Assembly (NCBI RefSeq): GCF_032854445.1
Contig: NC_088300.1
Location: forward strand, 74,576,302-74,640,301
DNA: 64,000 bases
Source: Liolophura sinensis
Lineage: Eukaryota
Reading direction: 5' to 3'
This document shows, one piece after another, positions 25,754 through 38,800 of this stretch. The stretch's first letter is position 1. Each line of letters begins with the position of its first letter. The notes under the pieces are model-generated. The model worked only from the letters and a program-made list of their open reading frames with translations, ran no database searches and was not told the origin of the DNA. The position numbers and the translations under genes are program-made.

Positions 25754-26502
25754 CTGTCAACAAACACAACAAAATATGCTGAGATCTTCATTCAACTCTA
25801 AAACCTGAAAACATAGAAACCAAACAAACTACATAAATAGTTGGCGATACTTGATACTGCTAGACCATCTCTATCTACCAAGGACAGAAGTAGAAACTGT
25901 TATCAGATCACCACAAAGTTTGGTATACCTAATTCTTCTAATTTTTGGGAAAGGTATTAGTAGTGCTGAAAACAGAATATTACATTTCTTTCCCGCTTTT
26001 TGAAAAAGTAAAGATGTGAGTAAGTCGTTCATTAGATGGTCTAACCATGTGAGCAGAAAAGAAACTAAATACCCCTGCTACAATTACACGTATATTTGTT
26101 AAAAAGAGCAGACCAATTGTCCCAAAAACTAGACGAAATACAGAAATGTGGAGGATATCTGCATTTAAGCAAGTATATGTATGGTATATGCCCTTCAATT
26201 TAGTTGAAAGCAAAAACTTTCACTCATTCAGAGTTGGCAGTGAGCTGACAGATGGGAATAATCAGCTCACTGAAATTCCAGTCCACTGATCAAAGACATG
26301 GCCACAATAATCAAGTACAAATGAAATATTTTGACAAGACTCTTCAAAATCACGCCAAAGTGAAATTTAACTTTTGGCTTAGTGTGGCAGATGCAAGTGA
26401 GTAGACGTCGCTTTTACCACATTTTGACAACTTCCAATACCATAACCAGGTGTAACAACACATACTTGTAAGGATATATTATACACATGCAGAACACTGT
26501 AC

Positions 26503-26598
26503 CTTTCCAGAGGTGGTGTCATAGAGCTTCACCATACAGTCTGCGTCCCCACAGGCCAAGATCCTCTCACAGGGAGACACGGCCACACAAAGCACCGC
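26503..26598 (-). CDS. TEP1: TEP1 exon 35, first WD40 repeat (AVLCVAVSPCERILACGDADCMVKLYDTTSGK)
   Basis: catgtag acceptor and gtacag donor. ±1 nt. Confidence 0.65.
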
Positions 26599-27385
26599 CT
26601 ACATGGACAGACATTCAGTGCAATTTATGCCAATTATTAACTTGATTTTCGAGACACAGCTACATTGGTTGGACTGGCCAGTTTCAGGGCTTCACAAAAA
26701 GTATAATTTTAGCTGTCCACACAGAATAATCCCTTCAGTATATGCTTGAATGAACAACTTGCAAACATGTGAAAAAGAATTACAGTGACCTTAAATTTCA
26801 TCAAACACAGTGCATTTTTGAACGTGAATAAATATCATAAAATATTACTTTTGGACAGTGTTGAAACTTACAGTTTACCAGTGTGATATCTCCCTACCAT
26901 AAAACTTAGAGCTATCTTTCCCAGATCAATAGAATTACATATATCAGAATCAGGTAAAATGTGCAATATAGCCGCGGAGGAAACTTTAGATTTTACATTA
27001 TCTTAATTTGTTCATTACACACATGGTATACCACTAAGATATCTGTTTTTAATATATTTCAAACAACAGACAATGCTTTAGTGAACAAAAATTAATAAAA
27101 CGTTACACATTACACTCAATGAGCTCAAAACATAGACCCGTGTCAATATGTTACATACCAGATTTATCACCACAAGGCTTCCTGTGTAAGTTTCAGAAAT
27201 TTGGAAAATATCATGGAGATCAGAGGTCAAAAAAGTTTTCATGACCAAACAATTACAACAATGAAATAAGCGAAGACAAATTACACAGTATTGGAATTAC
27301 TATCATTTTAATTTATTTGCTGTGATCCATGTGCGGATTTTGTATAGGTACATTTAAAAAGTCTACAAGAAGAAGTACTACTCAC

Positions 27386-27563
27386 ACTGGGTAGGTCAGC
27401 AATGGTCAGCATACACTGGTCAGGGGTCAGGGGTCTGTTGTTCCACCTGATGGTGCCCGAGTTCTGACCCGCTGGACGTGCCTTTAGAAGTCGCTCAGCA
27501 TCCAGGGCTGGCTGGGAATCAGTGTAGTCATTGAGGGCCTGTTGGAGAGTCAGTCCTGGGTGA
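27386..27563 (-). CDS. TEP1: TEP1 exon 34
   Basis: ctgccag acceptor and gtgagt donor. ORF 27308..27685 frame. Matches the human pre-WD40 segment QYPRLLPQQAANQPLDSPL…. Confidence 0.7.
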
Positions 27564-28669
27564 CTGGCAGAGGAACAACAGGGAGAATGATTCGACCGAA
27601 AGAGGTTTAAGTAATGATGCATTTTGCCATTACCAAATAAGTAGAAATAGACTGGGTAAAATGTGCCTTTAATATGCATATACATTTAGGAACGTCTAGG
27701 GCAATTAGCATGACTGTCTTATGTAGATATATTGTACTAACAGCGTTATAATACAGCCAGCTGTATGGACAGGGTATAAATAAAGCGTACATTTTTACTG
27801 GCATACCACTCTTTGTTTGATTGCTTGTTTGAGGCTTAACATTGCTTTCAACATTATTTTGTTTATATCACAACAGGATTTCCAAGCCACACCCAATGCT
27901 GATATATTTACAGAGCTGCCTCACTCAAACACCATGCCCCAGACATCAGACACCACCCTCCACCCAGTCACATTATAGTGACACCATGCCAAGCAGTACT
28001 TGGCCCACTCTTGCGCTGAGCGAAAAGCAAGGTAGTACCAAGATCACTGATGCTGAAGTCTTGATCGGGTACTGAGCCTTTGATCTACCATTTACAAGGG
28101 ATATCCTTTTTCCACAGTGTAAAGACAACCAATAGAGACAGACTTATACAAAGTAGGCAAGCCAGCATTTGCTTCAGGTGAGGCTATCATAAGATATGTG
28201 TAAATTTCTTTAACACACATACCTGATTACAGGCCAAAAGCAATAGTGCTGAAAATACTTTTACAGTTTTGCTTTTGGACCAGTCCAGTCTCACGATTGC
28301 AATCAAAATATTATTACAAAATTGATGAACACTGTAATGGCATCCTAATGGGATTTGACTGTGCATTTTTAACCTTTTGTCTGCTACACAATTACTGAAA
28401 GTCTGTGAAGCTTTTAAGTAAAATTATTTTTATTTTAACAAATTTGATTTTCAAAGAAATCCATGGTGTTGTATGTCTTCAAGTTTGTAATTTATTCCAC
28501 TCTGGATGCCACTAATTTCAAATTGCTACAGGGTTATTCCTGCCTTAATTTAACAAAACGACTGGCATGTAATTTCCATACAACATATATCAACTTTCTT
28601 AATTTGGTGTTATAATTGTGCACATATACTGTACAATGTATGCATGCATATGGAGGAAAAGAGCCTTAC

Positions 28670-28775
28670 CGAGCCAGGATGTGAGCATGGCGGGACACAA
28701 AGTACTTGTACTCTTTCACTTTCTTCTTCTCCAAGAAGTTCTGCTGGTTTTTCTTGCTGGACTTTCTCCAGGAAT
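28670..28775 (-). CDS. TEP1: TEP1 exon 33 (DSWRKSSKKNQQNFLEKKKVKEYKYFVSRHAHILAR)
   Basis: ttacag acceptor and gtaagg donor. The frame was chosen for phase continuity. It is offset from ORF 28610..28828 and anchored to that ORF's coordinates. Confidence 0.6.
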
Positions 28776-29654
28776 CTGTAAGAGTGATGAACATGTTTCT
28801 TTCTCCATGTAATCTTTACACTAACCACAAAAATATACTCTCATGTTTTTCATCTTCACATACTTTATACTTATTTTCAGAATGTTCAAAACAACCTAGG
28901 CAAAGACAACATATCATCATGCTGTGATAATGTCTGACAGAATCCATGCTTTACATACACATTAATCAAGTTTGGGGCAATACCTTAAAAGAGAAGAAAA
29001 CTTAAAAACATGACACTATAGGCTAAAAAGAGCACATTTTTTTTTCTATCTGGTGGTGCCTGCTGCATGATTTTGCGATTTTTCCTTGCCATACATGTAA
29101 AGCCTGAAAACGGCAAAGCTGGCATAAATCGTTGAGTCCATGGCGTCCTCCATCTTTAACACCCTGTTATTTATGCCGGGGGTGTCTTGCCTCTCAGCCA
29201 ATGAGAGTCATTAAAACTGCCAGCTTTTATGTGTAAACTTGGAACCTACGATCAACAGTCCGGCTTCCCGATTGTCAAGTGGAAAATGAACTGTACTGTT
29301 CGTTACCTTCTGGGAAGAAAAGTTCAACCGAAAATGTACAAGCTGCACTTCAGTGGTTTCCAACAGCAATTCTCCTCCTAACACAGAGGACTTCAGGCTA
29401 GTACTTAGGCAAAATGGAGTCGCTCATAGCAGATTTTGGCGCTGACTTTATTTATAAATTATCAACCTGAGGTACATATATTGGAATTTTTTTTATGGCA
29501 TGCACCTGCAAGGAAATACATACTCTTTTCAATGCTGTGTGATTGATTTTAAATTTTCTTCTCCTTTAATTATCCCACTTATGATAAAAGGACAAAATCA
29601 TATCCACTATTATTAAGGGATTAATAACAATGATGACAAATAAAGACCACATAC

Positions 29655-29769
29655 CCCTGATGGAGAAGTCCTCTATCAGCTGAGTTATCTGCCCTTGTCT
29701 ACACTTCATCTCTAAGAAGGTTAAGTCACAGAGTATTGTCTCCAGTTCTTGAAAATGGCCACTACACAT
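29655..29769 (-). CDS. TEP1: TEP1 exon 32
   Basis: catgcag acceptor and gtatgt donor. ORF 29566..29775 frame. Confidence 0.65.
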
Positions 29770-30047
29770 CTGCATGAAGGAAAAGGCACATCTTATTTTC
29801 TTTCTAAAAAATACACTGGGTCTCCTGTGAGGTCAGTTATCTAAATTGTAAGGAAAATGGCAAATAAAGGGAGAATTTCTTCCCTGAGAATCTGACAAAG
29901 ATGGTAAATACAATCAGCTAGTGCATGTTGAGATAAAGGAAATGCTTCATTATTCACCAGCAATATATCAGCATTTAGACAGCCAACAATTAGACATAAT
30001 CAGTCCTGCTTTAGACTCGAACAAATGAGACAAATCCTGTCACTCAC

Positions 30048-30136
30048 CAGGTGGTATGGTAGTTCCGAAAACGCCTTCCCATCACCCCCCTGCCAGGTAC
30101 TGTCAGCCTTGGGGTCAGCCACATGCCAGAAATAAC
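30048..30136 (-). CDS. TEP1: TEP1 exon 31 (GYFWHVADPKADSTWQGGDGKAFSELPYHL)
   Basis: ccccaatag acceptor, chosen for phase, and gtgagt donor. ELPYHL matches human DLPYHLLQSG. Confidence 0.7.
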
Positions 30137-30446
30137 CTATTGGGGATAGCACAGGGACACTGATTGAGGTCATAAGATGGGGTTTTAAAATGCACAATTG
30201 TGTTGTATTTTAGTCCATGTGCCGATCAAGTTATCAAACGGTCTGTTATCTGATCACGTATATTCACAAAACAAGCACATTACCAAACTGGCTCTGCTAC
30301 ACGTACATACGACTTGGCTGGAAAGTCAAATAGATTATTGTCAGGAACGTGAAATAAATTGTCAGGAAACCGAAACAGATTATTGTCAGGAAAGTAATAT
30401 AGATCATTGTAGGTAAAGCGAAATAGAAATATTGTCATAATCTGAC

Positions 30447-30556
30447 CTGAGAGAAGCTTATGTAGTTGACGTTGCACCTCGTCAGAATCATGGCTCATGT
30501 ACCTCTGTCGTACTGCCTGCTCCATCCCCATGTGAGCCAGGCAGAAAGTTTGATTC
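30447..30556 (-). CDS. TEP1: TEP1 exon 30
   Basis: gttgtag acceptor and gtcaga donor. ORF 30280..30594 frame. Confidence 0.6.
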
Positions 30557-31053
30557 CTACAACACAAGGCACACACACGATTCAGACAATGCACTAATTA
30601 TAACACTCCCCTCTAAAATGAATCAAAACCCAAATTTATAGCTTGTTTCAATAATCAAATAAAGAGAAAGAAAGCACCACATAAATTAAAAAAAAAAAAC
30701 AGAATAGAACAATAGAATAGCTTACAATTACTGAATTCTACAAAATACTGCATTTCATCCAAAGTTAAACATTACAGTTGATATTCAAAATGATTCATCT
30801 ACCTTATAGGGCCACTCAGAAGTTTTCTGCAACTTCTGAAAAAGTATCAAAAGCCTTTGTGTTCTACTAAAAGTGTATGTTTACCTACCAAACTTTAGGT
30901 GAAATACAGTACTACTAGTTCATCATTCCACTCTGTTTACAAACAATTCTGAATTAATAGTTTATTAACTACCATAATGCTGATAATTTGCTACTCTGCT
31001 TTTACACTGGTCCAGGAGGTAAAATAAAAGTGTTTCAAATGTTAGTCTTTTAC

Positions 31054-31255
31054 ATAAAATAACAAAAATCTACTGACGCAGAGTCCAAGGGCCGCAGGAA
31101 AGCATGCAGCGCCCTCTGTAGGCGAAGGAAGGTGGCTGCCGGTAGAAGTTTGCTGGCAGGTAGCTCTGTTTTAGCCAGTTCCTCTACACTGCAATCATAT
31201 TTCTCCATCTCTCTGTGCAAGCTGAGTAAATCATGTAGCTCTGTTTCTCCAAGAC
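31054..31255 (-). CDS. TEP1: TEP1 exon 29
   Basis: ctgtag acceptor. The phase-compatible GTAAAA donor is at 31053. An alternative GTAGAT donor would end the exon at 31074 but breaks phase with exon 30. Confidence 0.55.
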
Positions 31256-31493
31256 CTACAGCATGACCACAAAAATATCTTCTAAAAGCAGTTAAGCCAT
31301 AGATAATAATGCATGAACAATGTCCAGCTATGGACAATGTCCAGCTATGGACAAAACTCCATTACAAGCCACCCAATCTCCATGGCATTGCCAAGTCTAG
31401 ACATCATACATGTAAGCACACTTGATCAAATTTTCCTCAGCATTTGCAATAAACAAATTTCTGACGCTTATGACAACAACAACAGTAACGTAC

Positions 31494-31626
31494 CTGTTCT
31501 GGACGTGACCAGCAGACACAGTGAGGTGCGCGTCAATCCCTTCCCCACATCTGTCTCCATACGGCTCAGAATGTCTCCAAGTAACTGACTTACAGTATGG
31601 GGCAAGGACCTCAGTTTTCCAGTTAT
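31494..31626 (-). CDS. TEP1: TEP1 exon 28 (ITGKLRSLPHTVSQLLGDILS…)
   Basis: ttttctcag acceptor and gtacgt donor. Matches human VSERLRTLPATVPLLLQHILS. The frame is offset from ORF 31397..31651. Confidence 0.75.
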
Positions 31627-31883
31627 CTGAGAAAATAAAGACAATACTCACAAATCAGCAAGACAAATCAACAAAGTTATCTCTCCATCAGTTGGAAGAC
31701 ATACTTTCACAAACACTATAAAATTTTTTCAAAGATCATTTCTCAATAAAGTCTGTTCTAAGAAAAAAATGCTTGTGGCCTAATGCCACTTTAGCAATAT
31801 TTCAGCCATACTGTTGTGAAAACTGCATGTTTGCATCCAATGTGCTGTTATTGCAGCAGTATAGAATCCATGACACAACTTAC

Positions 31884-31976
31884 CTTCTCAAAGACACTGT
31901 ACAGCCTTAGCTCTTCACAGGCCAATGTCAGGTACAGAGGGTTGGAGGCCTCTCTCTTGGACAATAGGATCTTCAT
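31884..31976 (-). CDS. TEP1: TEP1 exon 27 (MKILLSKREASNPLYLTLACEELRLYSVFEK)
   Basis: ttttgtag acceptor and gtaagt donor. Matches human MRLLLVKRESGRPLYLRLVTDHLRLFTLYEQ. Confidence 0.85.
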
Positions 31977-32507
31977 CTACAAAACACATACACCACATAA
32001 CATGCAGGTTTCAAGTTACAGCATTACAACAACAACAGAGTAGTGTCTCCCTGCACAGGATAATGTTTCCTTACCAATGACAAATTATTGCTGTTTTTGC
32101 AATATTTGACACCCAAACCCGCCCCAAAACATAATTCAGAAGACTGATGTATCCTGTTTAGTTACATGTAGGTTTCTATACTCTCTATATCATGCACTTC
32201 AAAACTGGTATAATGACACTAAAGTAATGACATGCCATCTTGCAGCATTTATCACTATTATAAAGGAAGGTGAAATGCTGGAATTGTCCATGTGAATAAT
32301 TTACTTTCACAAATCACATATTTAATCCAAATTAAAGTTCTTAGTCATGGATTTATCATAAATTGTTTTGTCACAAGTTCAAATGAGTTTCCAAGCTGTA
32401 AATCCCTGATAAACATTGCAGGTTTTTTTTTTTTTTTTGCTTCAGTTTAACACATGTACATGGCTGTAGCACAAATCAGTCACAGTGCTATGCATGAGAT
32501 CACTCAC

Positions 32508-32684
32508 CTGGTTATTGAAGGCAGACTCCTCCAGAGACTTACGGTGCATGGCTAAGGTTGACCTCACCACCTTGGCCTTATCTAGGAGGTCCAGTGACCC
32601 CACATTAACCTCAGCTACACGGTGTTTCTCTAAGGCCCTGTGGCAGCGCCCATGCTCCAAACAGGTCAGCACAAATAGCACATT
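32508..32684 (-). CDS. TEP1: TEP1 exon 26 (NVLFVLTCLEHGRCHRALE…HRKSLEESAFNNQ)
   Basis: ttgcag acceptor and gtgagt donor. Matches human HVLALGPLEASARARLVREELALYGKRLEESPFNNQ. Confidence 0.85.
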
Positions 32685-33135
32685 CTGCAACAAAGTTAAA
32701 TCATATTAAAACATCACTAACTTCTACAAATTATCCACCTTTAATGTACATAAAGTTTACATGCGACAACAACAACATTGTTTTATTACAGTTTGTTAGA
32801 GTATTAGGCTTTGGGCACATCTACCGCTCGTTCTGGATCAAAGCTGCACCAGAACAAAACAGAGCAACGTAGTTAGTTTTACACAGTATTCATGTAACTT
32901 CCAAACTACATGGAAGAATATTTGCCTTCTAAAAAAAGATTAATCTGTGCATTATATTTACACTGGGCAATCACACTGTAGTCAGTTCTAGTAGATGTTC
33001 CCTAAATTCACTAACTAGTGTATAGGGACATGTCAGTGTAGGGACTGGCTACTTGACTACTTGATACCTCGTGCCGACCAAACAAACCAAGGTCTATCAC
33101 AGATTTGTGACTTAGCTAGTCACATGACTACCTAC

Positions 33136-33283
33136 CTGTGGGATGGGCTGTGGCAGCCACTCCATGTTGGAGGGTTGATGACTGTCATCCATAGAGTCTA
33201 TCCCATCTATAAAGACTACCACGGGACCTGCACTACGCTTCCCACACTCTTTCAGTACATCATTGAACTTGGGTACAAGATTT
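33136..33283 (-). CDS. TEP1: TEP1 exon 25, NACHT Walker B region (…GPVVVFIDGIDSMDDSHQ…)
   Basis: ttttcag acceptor and gtaggt donor. Matches human TQVLIIDGADRLVDQNGQ. Confidence 0.8.
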
Positions 33284-33589
33284 CTGAAAAACAGAATTTC
33301 ATATGACCTGCATTGAGTACTCAGAGGAATAGGCTGGAAGAATACTAAGATAACTTTATAGGAAGTTTCAGTTCAAATATTATTTATTTAATTACTTGAT
33401 TATTTGATTGGTGTTACACACTGTAATCAGGAATTTTTCACTTCATGTGTAAAGGAGACTGGAGTGCCTGGGGTAAATCATGCTCATTTACAAATTTCCT
33501 GACTGTCACGTCCTAAGCGACATCATGTATAAAATCATTGTTGACATGTTTACAACACTGCATTGAGCAATATAAAGATCTACATTGTA

Positions 33590-33800
33590 TGCAACGCAGA
33601 TTGCAGAGCTTCTATCAGTGCACCAGGGGACCTCCGTGACTGAGGGGCTTAACAGCAGCATGGTACAATGACCCATGAGCCTCCCATCGATGCAGTCACT
33701 GTGTGTTCAAGTCCAGCTCATGCTGGCTTCCTCTCCTGGCCGTACATGGGAAGGTCTTCTAGCAACCTACAAATGGTCGTGGGTTTCCCCTAACTGAAAT
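33590..33800 (+). mobile_element. SINE copy with a tRNA-like head
   Basis: …gtgttcaagtccagctcatgctggcttcctctcctggccgtacatgggaaggtcttctagcaacc…. Confidence 0.7.
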
Positions 33801-34285
33801 ATTTGTGAGTACAACGTAAAACACCCATCGAACCAACAAATATCAGTGCACCATAATGTGCCTTGCAAATTTGATCGCTTCAATAGGCTTATCACCAAAA
33901 ATGAAAGGTTACATACCTGTGGAAAGTTTTAAATAAGTGAAGCAGTTGAGTTGTAAGCTTCGCCATGATATATCCAGCGTGTCCTACAAATCTGATACCC
34001 TCCCACACCAATTCCACCCACTCACCCAAACAACCACCACCTCATCCACTCATCCCCACCTACCGCAGGGGCCATTCTTTACAGGGTGTGATATTCAGAC
34101 ATCATGCTTTATAGTGAGGCTTGAGTGTAACTCCTGCTAACGTGTCAGTCCTCTCATTTTGAAGGCAATTCATGTTGAGAGGCGGCATTTCTCATCACAT
34201 GAACTGTATCCCCCTGAAATGATCCAGTACTAACTGACACGACAAAGAATTCCGACACTTATATTTTAGAGTTTACGTCTCTTAC

Positions 34286-34458
34286 TTGTACTCCTGCGGC
34301 ACATCTGTTGGCAGGGAAAACCTGTGCTGCAGCTCTGTGCACAGCCTCCTAAGGGTGGGGGTAAGGCTGGTAGAACCTGGGGCAGATCCCACCACATGCT
34401 CCAGTACACTGTCAGGATCCTGACATACTAGACTCTTGTACTCCTCATGAACTGCAGC
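34286..34458 (-). CDS. TEP1: TEP1 exon 24, NACHT (…TLRRLCTELQHRF…)
   Basis: ctctcag acceptor and gtaaga donor. Matches human LTLLRRLCTYLRGQL. Confidence 0.75.
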
Positions 34459-35039
34459 CTGAGAGAGAAGCAAACTAGGGTTAAGATGAAAATCTCCAAA
34501 ATATTGTGATTCATTACCAACAACTCGCTGGACTAAAACTGCTCATACAACTTTTCACTTTACACACAATTTCTCAAATCTTAAAATATCATGATTTATC
34601 ACTGCATAAAAATGCACTAAGGAAGCACAACTACTTCAACTGTATCATTACATTATTGAATTTCCAGCATAAAATGTATTAAATTTTTGCCTCTGTATAA
34701 TCTCTCATGATAGATATTAGCAGTCCACATGCGGGATGTTGGAGTGCCCTTGTTATGGTTTTGGCAAAAAACTGACTACAAAGCAAATAACTTCTTAACA
34801 AAAGTATTTGACAATGCATGCTGTTCCAAATTTTTAATTACACAACTTAAGTTTCCCATTAACTACTTTTCATGATGATAACTAAACAGATTCAATTAAT
34901 CAAGGCAAATATATGTATTCGTCACTACTAAAAATCAAAACATAATCAATAACATGAGAAACAGTGTTTCAGCAGAATCATAAACAACCATTAACATCTC
35001 ATGACAATGACATGTACCACTCATTAGAGAAAGCCTTAC

Positions 35040-35222
35040 CAGCAGAGCAGATTTCCCTGTCCCAGACTTCCCTGTAAGGATAAGCACCCCTGATTGGTTG
35101 TCAGCCATCTTACTCAGGCACTGTTTCACCTGGGATTTTCTTCCCACAAACTTGGCTGTGTGCATGGCTAATGCAGCCTGATGAAGTTTGTTGATGCGTT
35201 GTTCTTCATCCTGGGTTATCTC
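35040..35222 (-). CDS. TEP1: TEP1 exon 23, NACHT P-loop (…GVLILTGKSGTGKSALL)
   Basis: cattgcag acceptor, chosen because it is phase 0 and consistent with exon 22, and gtaagg donor. The Walker A motif matches human RLSLVTGQSGQGKTAFL. The ORF 34935..35306 frame extends further 5', but that stretch is likely intronic. Confidence 0.75.
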
Positions 35223-35520
35223 CTGCAATGTCAGTTTAAACATCTTCATTATAGCTTCAATCAGGTAACAGATGCCTTCACAAGTAAAATATCTGGTTCC
35301 ATTCATTCATCATTTTCAAATCATAAGCTTAATATAAACAATCAACACAACGAACACTGTCAAAAAGTATTGCAACTTTCAATGGTAGAGAAAAATGCAT
35401 TTTGAAATATGACAATAAATTAGCAAAATTCACAAATATCTAACTTCATAAGGTGACAACATAAGTTGTCATTCACAAAGCATGTATTAACAGAGCAGTC
35501 AGTCTCTCTGTGCTTTGCCA

Positions 35521-36690
35521 TGGGGCATCAGTGTACAGACTGACAACACCAGACCAAATCTATACATGTATCAGTGTACAGACTGACAACACCAGACCAA
35601 ATCTATACATGTATCAGTGTACAGACTGACAACACCAGACCAAATCTATACATGTATCAGTGTACAGACTGTGAACACCAGACCAAATCTATACATGTAT
35701 CAGTGTAAAGACTATGAACACCAGACCAAATATATACATGTATCAGTGTACAGACTGACAACAACAGACCAAATCTACACATGTATCAGTGTACAGACTG
35801 ACAATACCACACCAAATCTATACATGTATCAGTGTACAGACAGACAACACCAGACCAAATCTGTACATGTATCAGTGTACAGACTGATAACACCACACCA
35901 AATCTATACATGCATCAGTGTACAGACTGACAACACCAGACCAAATCTTTACATGTATCAGTGTACAGACTGACAACACCAGACCAAATCTATACATGTA
36001 TCAGTGTACAGACTGACAACACCAGACCAAATCTACACATGTATCAGTGTACAGACTGACAACACCAGACCAAAATCTATACATGTATCAGTGTACAGAC
36101 TGACAACACCAGACCAAATTTATACATGTATCAGTGTACAGACTGACAACACCAGACCAAATCTTTACATGTATCAGTGTACAGACTGACAACACCAGAC
36201 CAAATCTGTACACGTATCAGTGTACAGACTGACAACACCAGACCAAATCTATACATGTATCAGTGTACAGGCTGACAACACCACACCAAATCTATACATG
36301 TACCAGTGTACAGACTGACAACAACAGACCAAATCTAGACATGTATCAGTGTACAGACTGACAACACCAGACCAAATCTGTACATGTATCAGTGTACAGA
36401 CCGACAACACCAGACCAAATCTATACATGTATCAGTGTACAGACTGACAACACCAGACCAAATCTATACATGTATCAGTGTACAGACTGACAACATCAGA
36501 CCAAATCTATACATGTATCAGTGTACAGACCGACAACACCAGACCAAATCTATACATGTATCAGTGTACAGACTGACAACACCAGACCAAATCTATACAT
36601 GTATCACTGTACAGACTGACAACACCAGACCAAATCTATACATGTATCAGTGTACAGACTGACAACACCAGACCAAATCTGTACATGTAT
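35521..36690. repeat. 43-bp minisatellite (cagtgtacagactgacaacaccagaccaaatctatacatgtat), about 27 copies, in the TEP1 intron upstream of the NACHT exon
   Basis: Seen directly. ORFs 35617..35973, 36004..36189 and 36384..36662 are repeat translations. Confidence 0.9.
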
Positions 36691-37722
36691 ATGTATGGAT
36701 AAAGTATCCCACATACTCATGTAGGTACACAACTGAGATACAGCAGTCCAAGGTAATCAAAAAAAGTAATCCCAAGGGCCATCTTGTCTTTGGTTAATTT
36801 AACCAACTAGGCACGACTTATTTCTACATTTATAACCCCGAGGATACAGCTGTTTTTGCTTACTTCGCCCGAACCCTGTTTTGCCTGTAAACAATATGAA
36901 CACAGGATACAAAACATTGTGTTTTCTAACACTGCACATCTCATAGTCTTGATTGCAAAAATTTCAATTCAAAGTTATCAAGCACACCATAAAAAAATGG
37001 GTGTGGCCATCTAGGTCTGTTTCCTAAGCAACTGAGGTTATATTTGACAGTTTATGCTATCCTAGAGGGACACCTTTTGAAATCATTAAGATTATTATTA
37101 TTCTCAGTCAGCTTAGTCACTGCAATATCTTGAAAACTGGAGTTTTAATAACAGGCCTATGAAGTAATTTTTAACATTACTGTCAAAACAAAACATTGCT
37201 GAGAATATCATGACCTTTGGATTATGAATTTCAAAGCATTAAACAATCGAGCTTTATGCAAGACTGCCCATATAAAAAAATGCCTTGCGCTCTTGGGATC
37301 GAATCCAGTAGGCTACATTCCTTTCCATCTTTTCACATTTTTTGTCCATATCTTTACTATACAGCATATAATTTATGCAGAGCACCCAGAGCTGATCCCT
37401 TAAATTGCTGTCCGTGACAGGTTCATGTAACCCAGCACTGCTATCTGAGAGCAATGTTAATTTTCTTTTCACTGATCTTCACATAAATTCTGAAGGACAT
37501 TGTATCTAGCTGCCATTAATTCAAATCCAGATAATTCCTGCCAACCTTTTTTCGCCTTTTCCCCATTATTATGAAGTTTCTAGACATCAGGCTATCAGAA
37601 GTGGTAAAATACTAGTAGCATGGATCCTAGCAATGCTGTTGGATAACAGCTTTAATATGTTTTGTTTTGACTGTGGCTACCGCCCCACTCTTCCACCACC
37701 CAATCACCACCGTCACTTTTAC

Positions 37723-37843
37723 CTCATCTGGGTAGAGCATCAAAATGCTTCCCCACAAGTCATTCAGGACCTTCCACCCAAACGCAGACAGGTTGCCAGT
37801 AAAGGGCTTGCCATCCACCACTCCCTGCCAGCTACATGGATAA
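37723..37843 (-). CDS. TEP1: TEP1 exon 22 (YPCSWQGVVDGKPFTGNLSAFGWKVLNDLWGSILMLYPDE)
   Basis: gttacag acceptor and gtaaaa donor. Matches human [39 protein letters not shown]. Confidence 0.8.
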
Positions 37844-38326
37844 CTGTAACAGAGAGGGCATAAGCCATTTCACACAAATCACTACATTCATAAACTACAC
37901 TAGATAACAACAAATTATTCTTTCATTTATTAACGTGCAGTTCACGATGTGTACTGACATACAAAATGCCATAAGGTTTAGTTTTACAAGGGCGAAAATG
38001 GCTTTAAACTGCAGCTTGGAAATTAAGCAGCCTGACCTGCTGACACCAATGGTGACAGCTTTCAAAACAACTCTTTGGACTGAAGAGTCAGCATGGGAGG
38101 CACTAAGATGGTCGAATTCCCACAGAGTTCATGATGTCATTTTCGAAAATTTTGGGAAAATATGCTTAAATTAGACATGTTCTTAAAGGATGTAAAAATG
38201 AAAAAATATTTTTATCATCTTTTTAATTTTATAAGCTTATGGTTAAGACCTTTAAGACAAAATATGACTCAACTTTCTGAACTACAATCACTTTGAAAAC
38301 TTTTCGCTTTGATCACCTTTTGTCTG

Positions 38327-38440
38327 AGCAGAGTCCTGATTGCCTCACTGTCTCCTTCAGTTCGTCCATTCTGTTCTTACTCACGCTGTTCTCCGACTCA
38401 AAGTCACTACGGTAACTCTCTGGCACATCACTTAGTGTAA
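38327..38440 (-). CDS. TEP1: TEP1 exon 21 (SDVPESYRSDFESENSVSKNRMDELKETVRQSGLCSDK)
   Basis: cactaag acceptor and gtgatc donor. Matches human [33 protein letters not shown]. ±1 nt. Confidence 0.7.
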
Positions 38441-38479
38441 AAAAATGAAAACAAAGAACACTTTCAAAAAATATTCAGC

Positions 38480-38800
38480 AAAAAAGAATAGATATTGTGT
38501 CCTTAATGCGTGACAATATAAACGAATATGATAACAAAACATTAACATGATAATACAGATGAATAACAAAACATTAATATGACAATATAGACAAATAACA
38601 GAAAATTAACATGACAATATAGTTGAGTAACAAAACATTAACATGATAATATAGACCAATAACAAAACATTAACATGACAATATAGACCAATAACAAAGC
38701 ATTAACATGACAATATAGACGCATAACAAAGCATTAACATGACAATATACATGAATAACAACACATTAACATGACAATACAGATAAACAACAAAACATTA
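38480..38800. repeat. Repeat of about 33 bp (ataacaaaacattaacatgacaatatagacca), about 9 copies, intronic
   Basis: Seen directly. Confidence 0.8.

Noticed and set aside
34935-35306. Taking the whole 123-aa ORF as the NACHT exon, starting at …YFTCEGICYLIEAIMKMFKLTLQ
   Set aside because: Only the portion from the cattgcag acceptor at 35222 is phase-compatible with exon 22, and it gives a linker length comparable to human TEP1. The upstream part is probably intronic read-through, although an alternative longer exon cannot be fully excluded.
35617-36662. ORFs 35617..35973, 36004..36189 and 36384..36662 (MYRLTTPDQIYTCISVQTDNTRPNLYMYQCTD…)
   Set aside because: They are translations of the 43-bp intronic minisatellite.
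37254-37472. The - strand ORF (…SDSSAGLHEPVTDSNLRDQ…) as an extra TEP1 exon between exons 22 and 23
   Set aside because: No acceptor or donor combination gives a phase compatible with its neighbours. Exons 22 and 23 join in frame without it.
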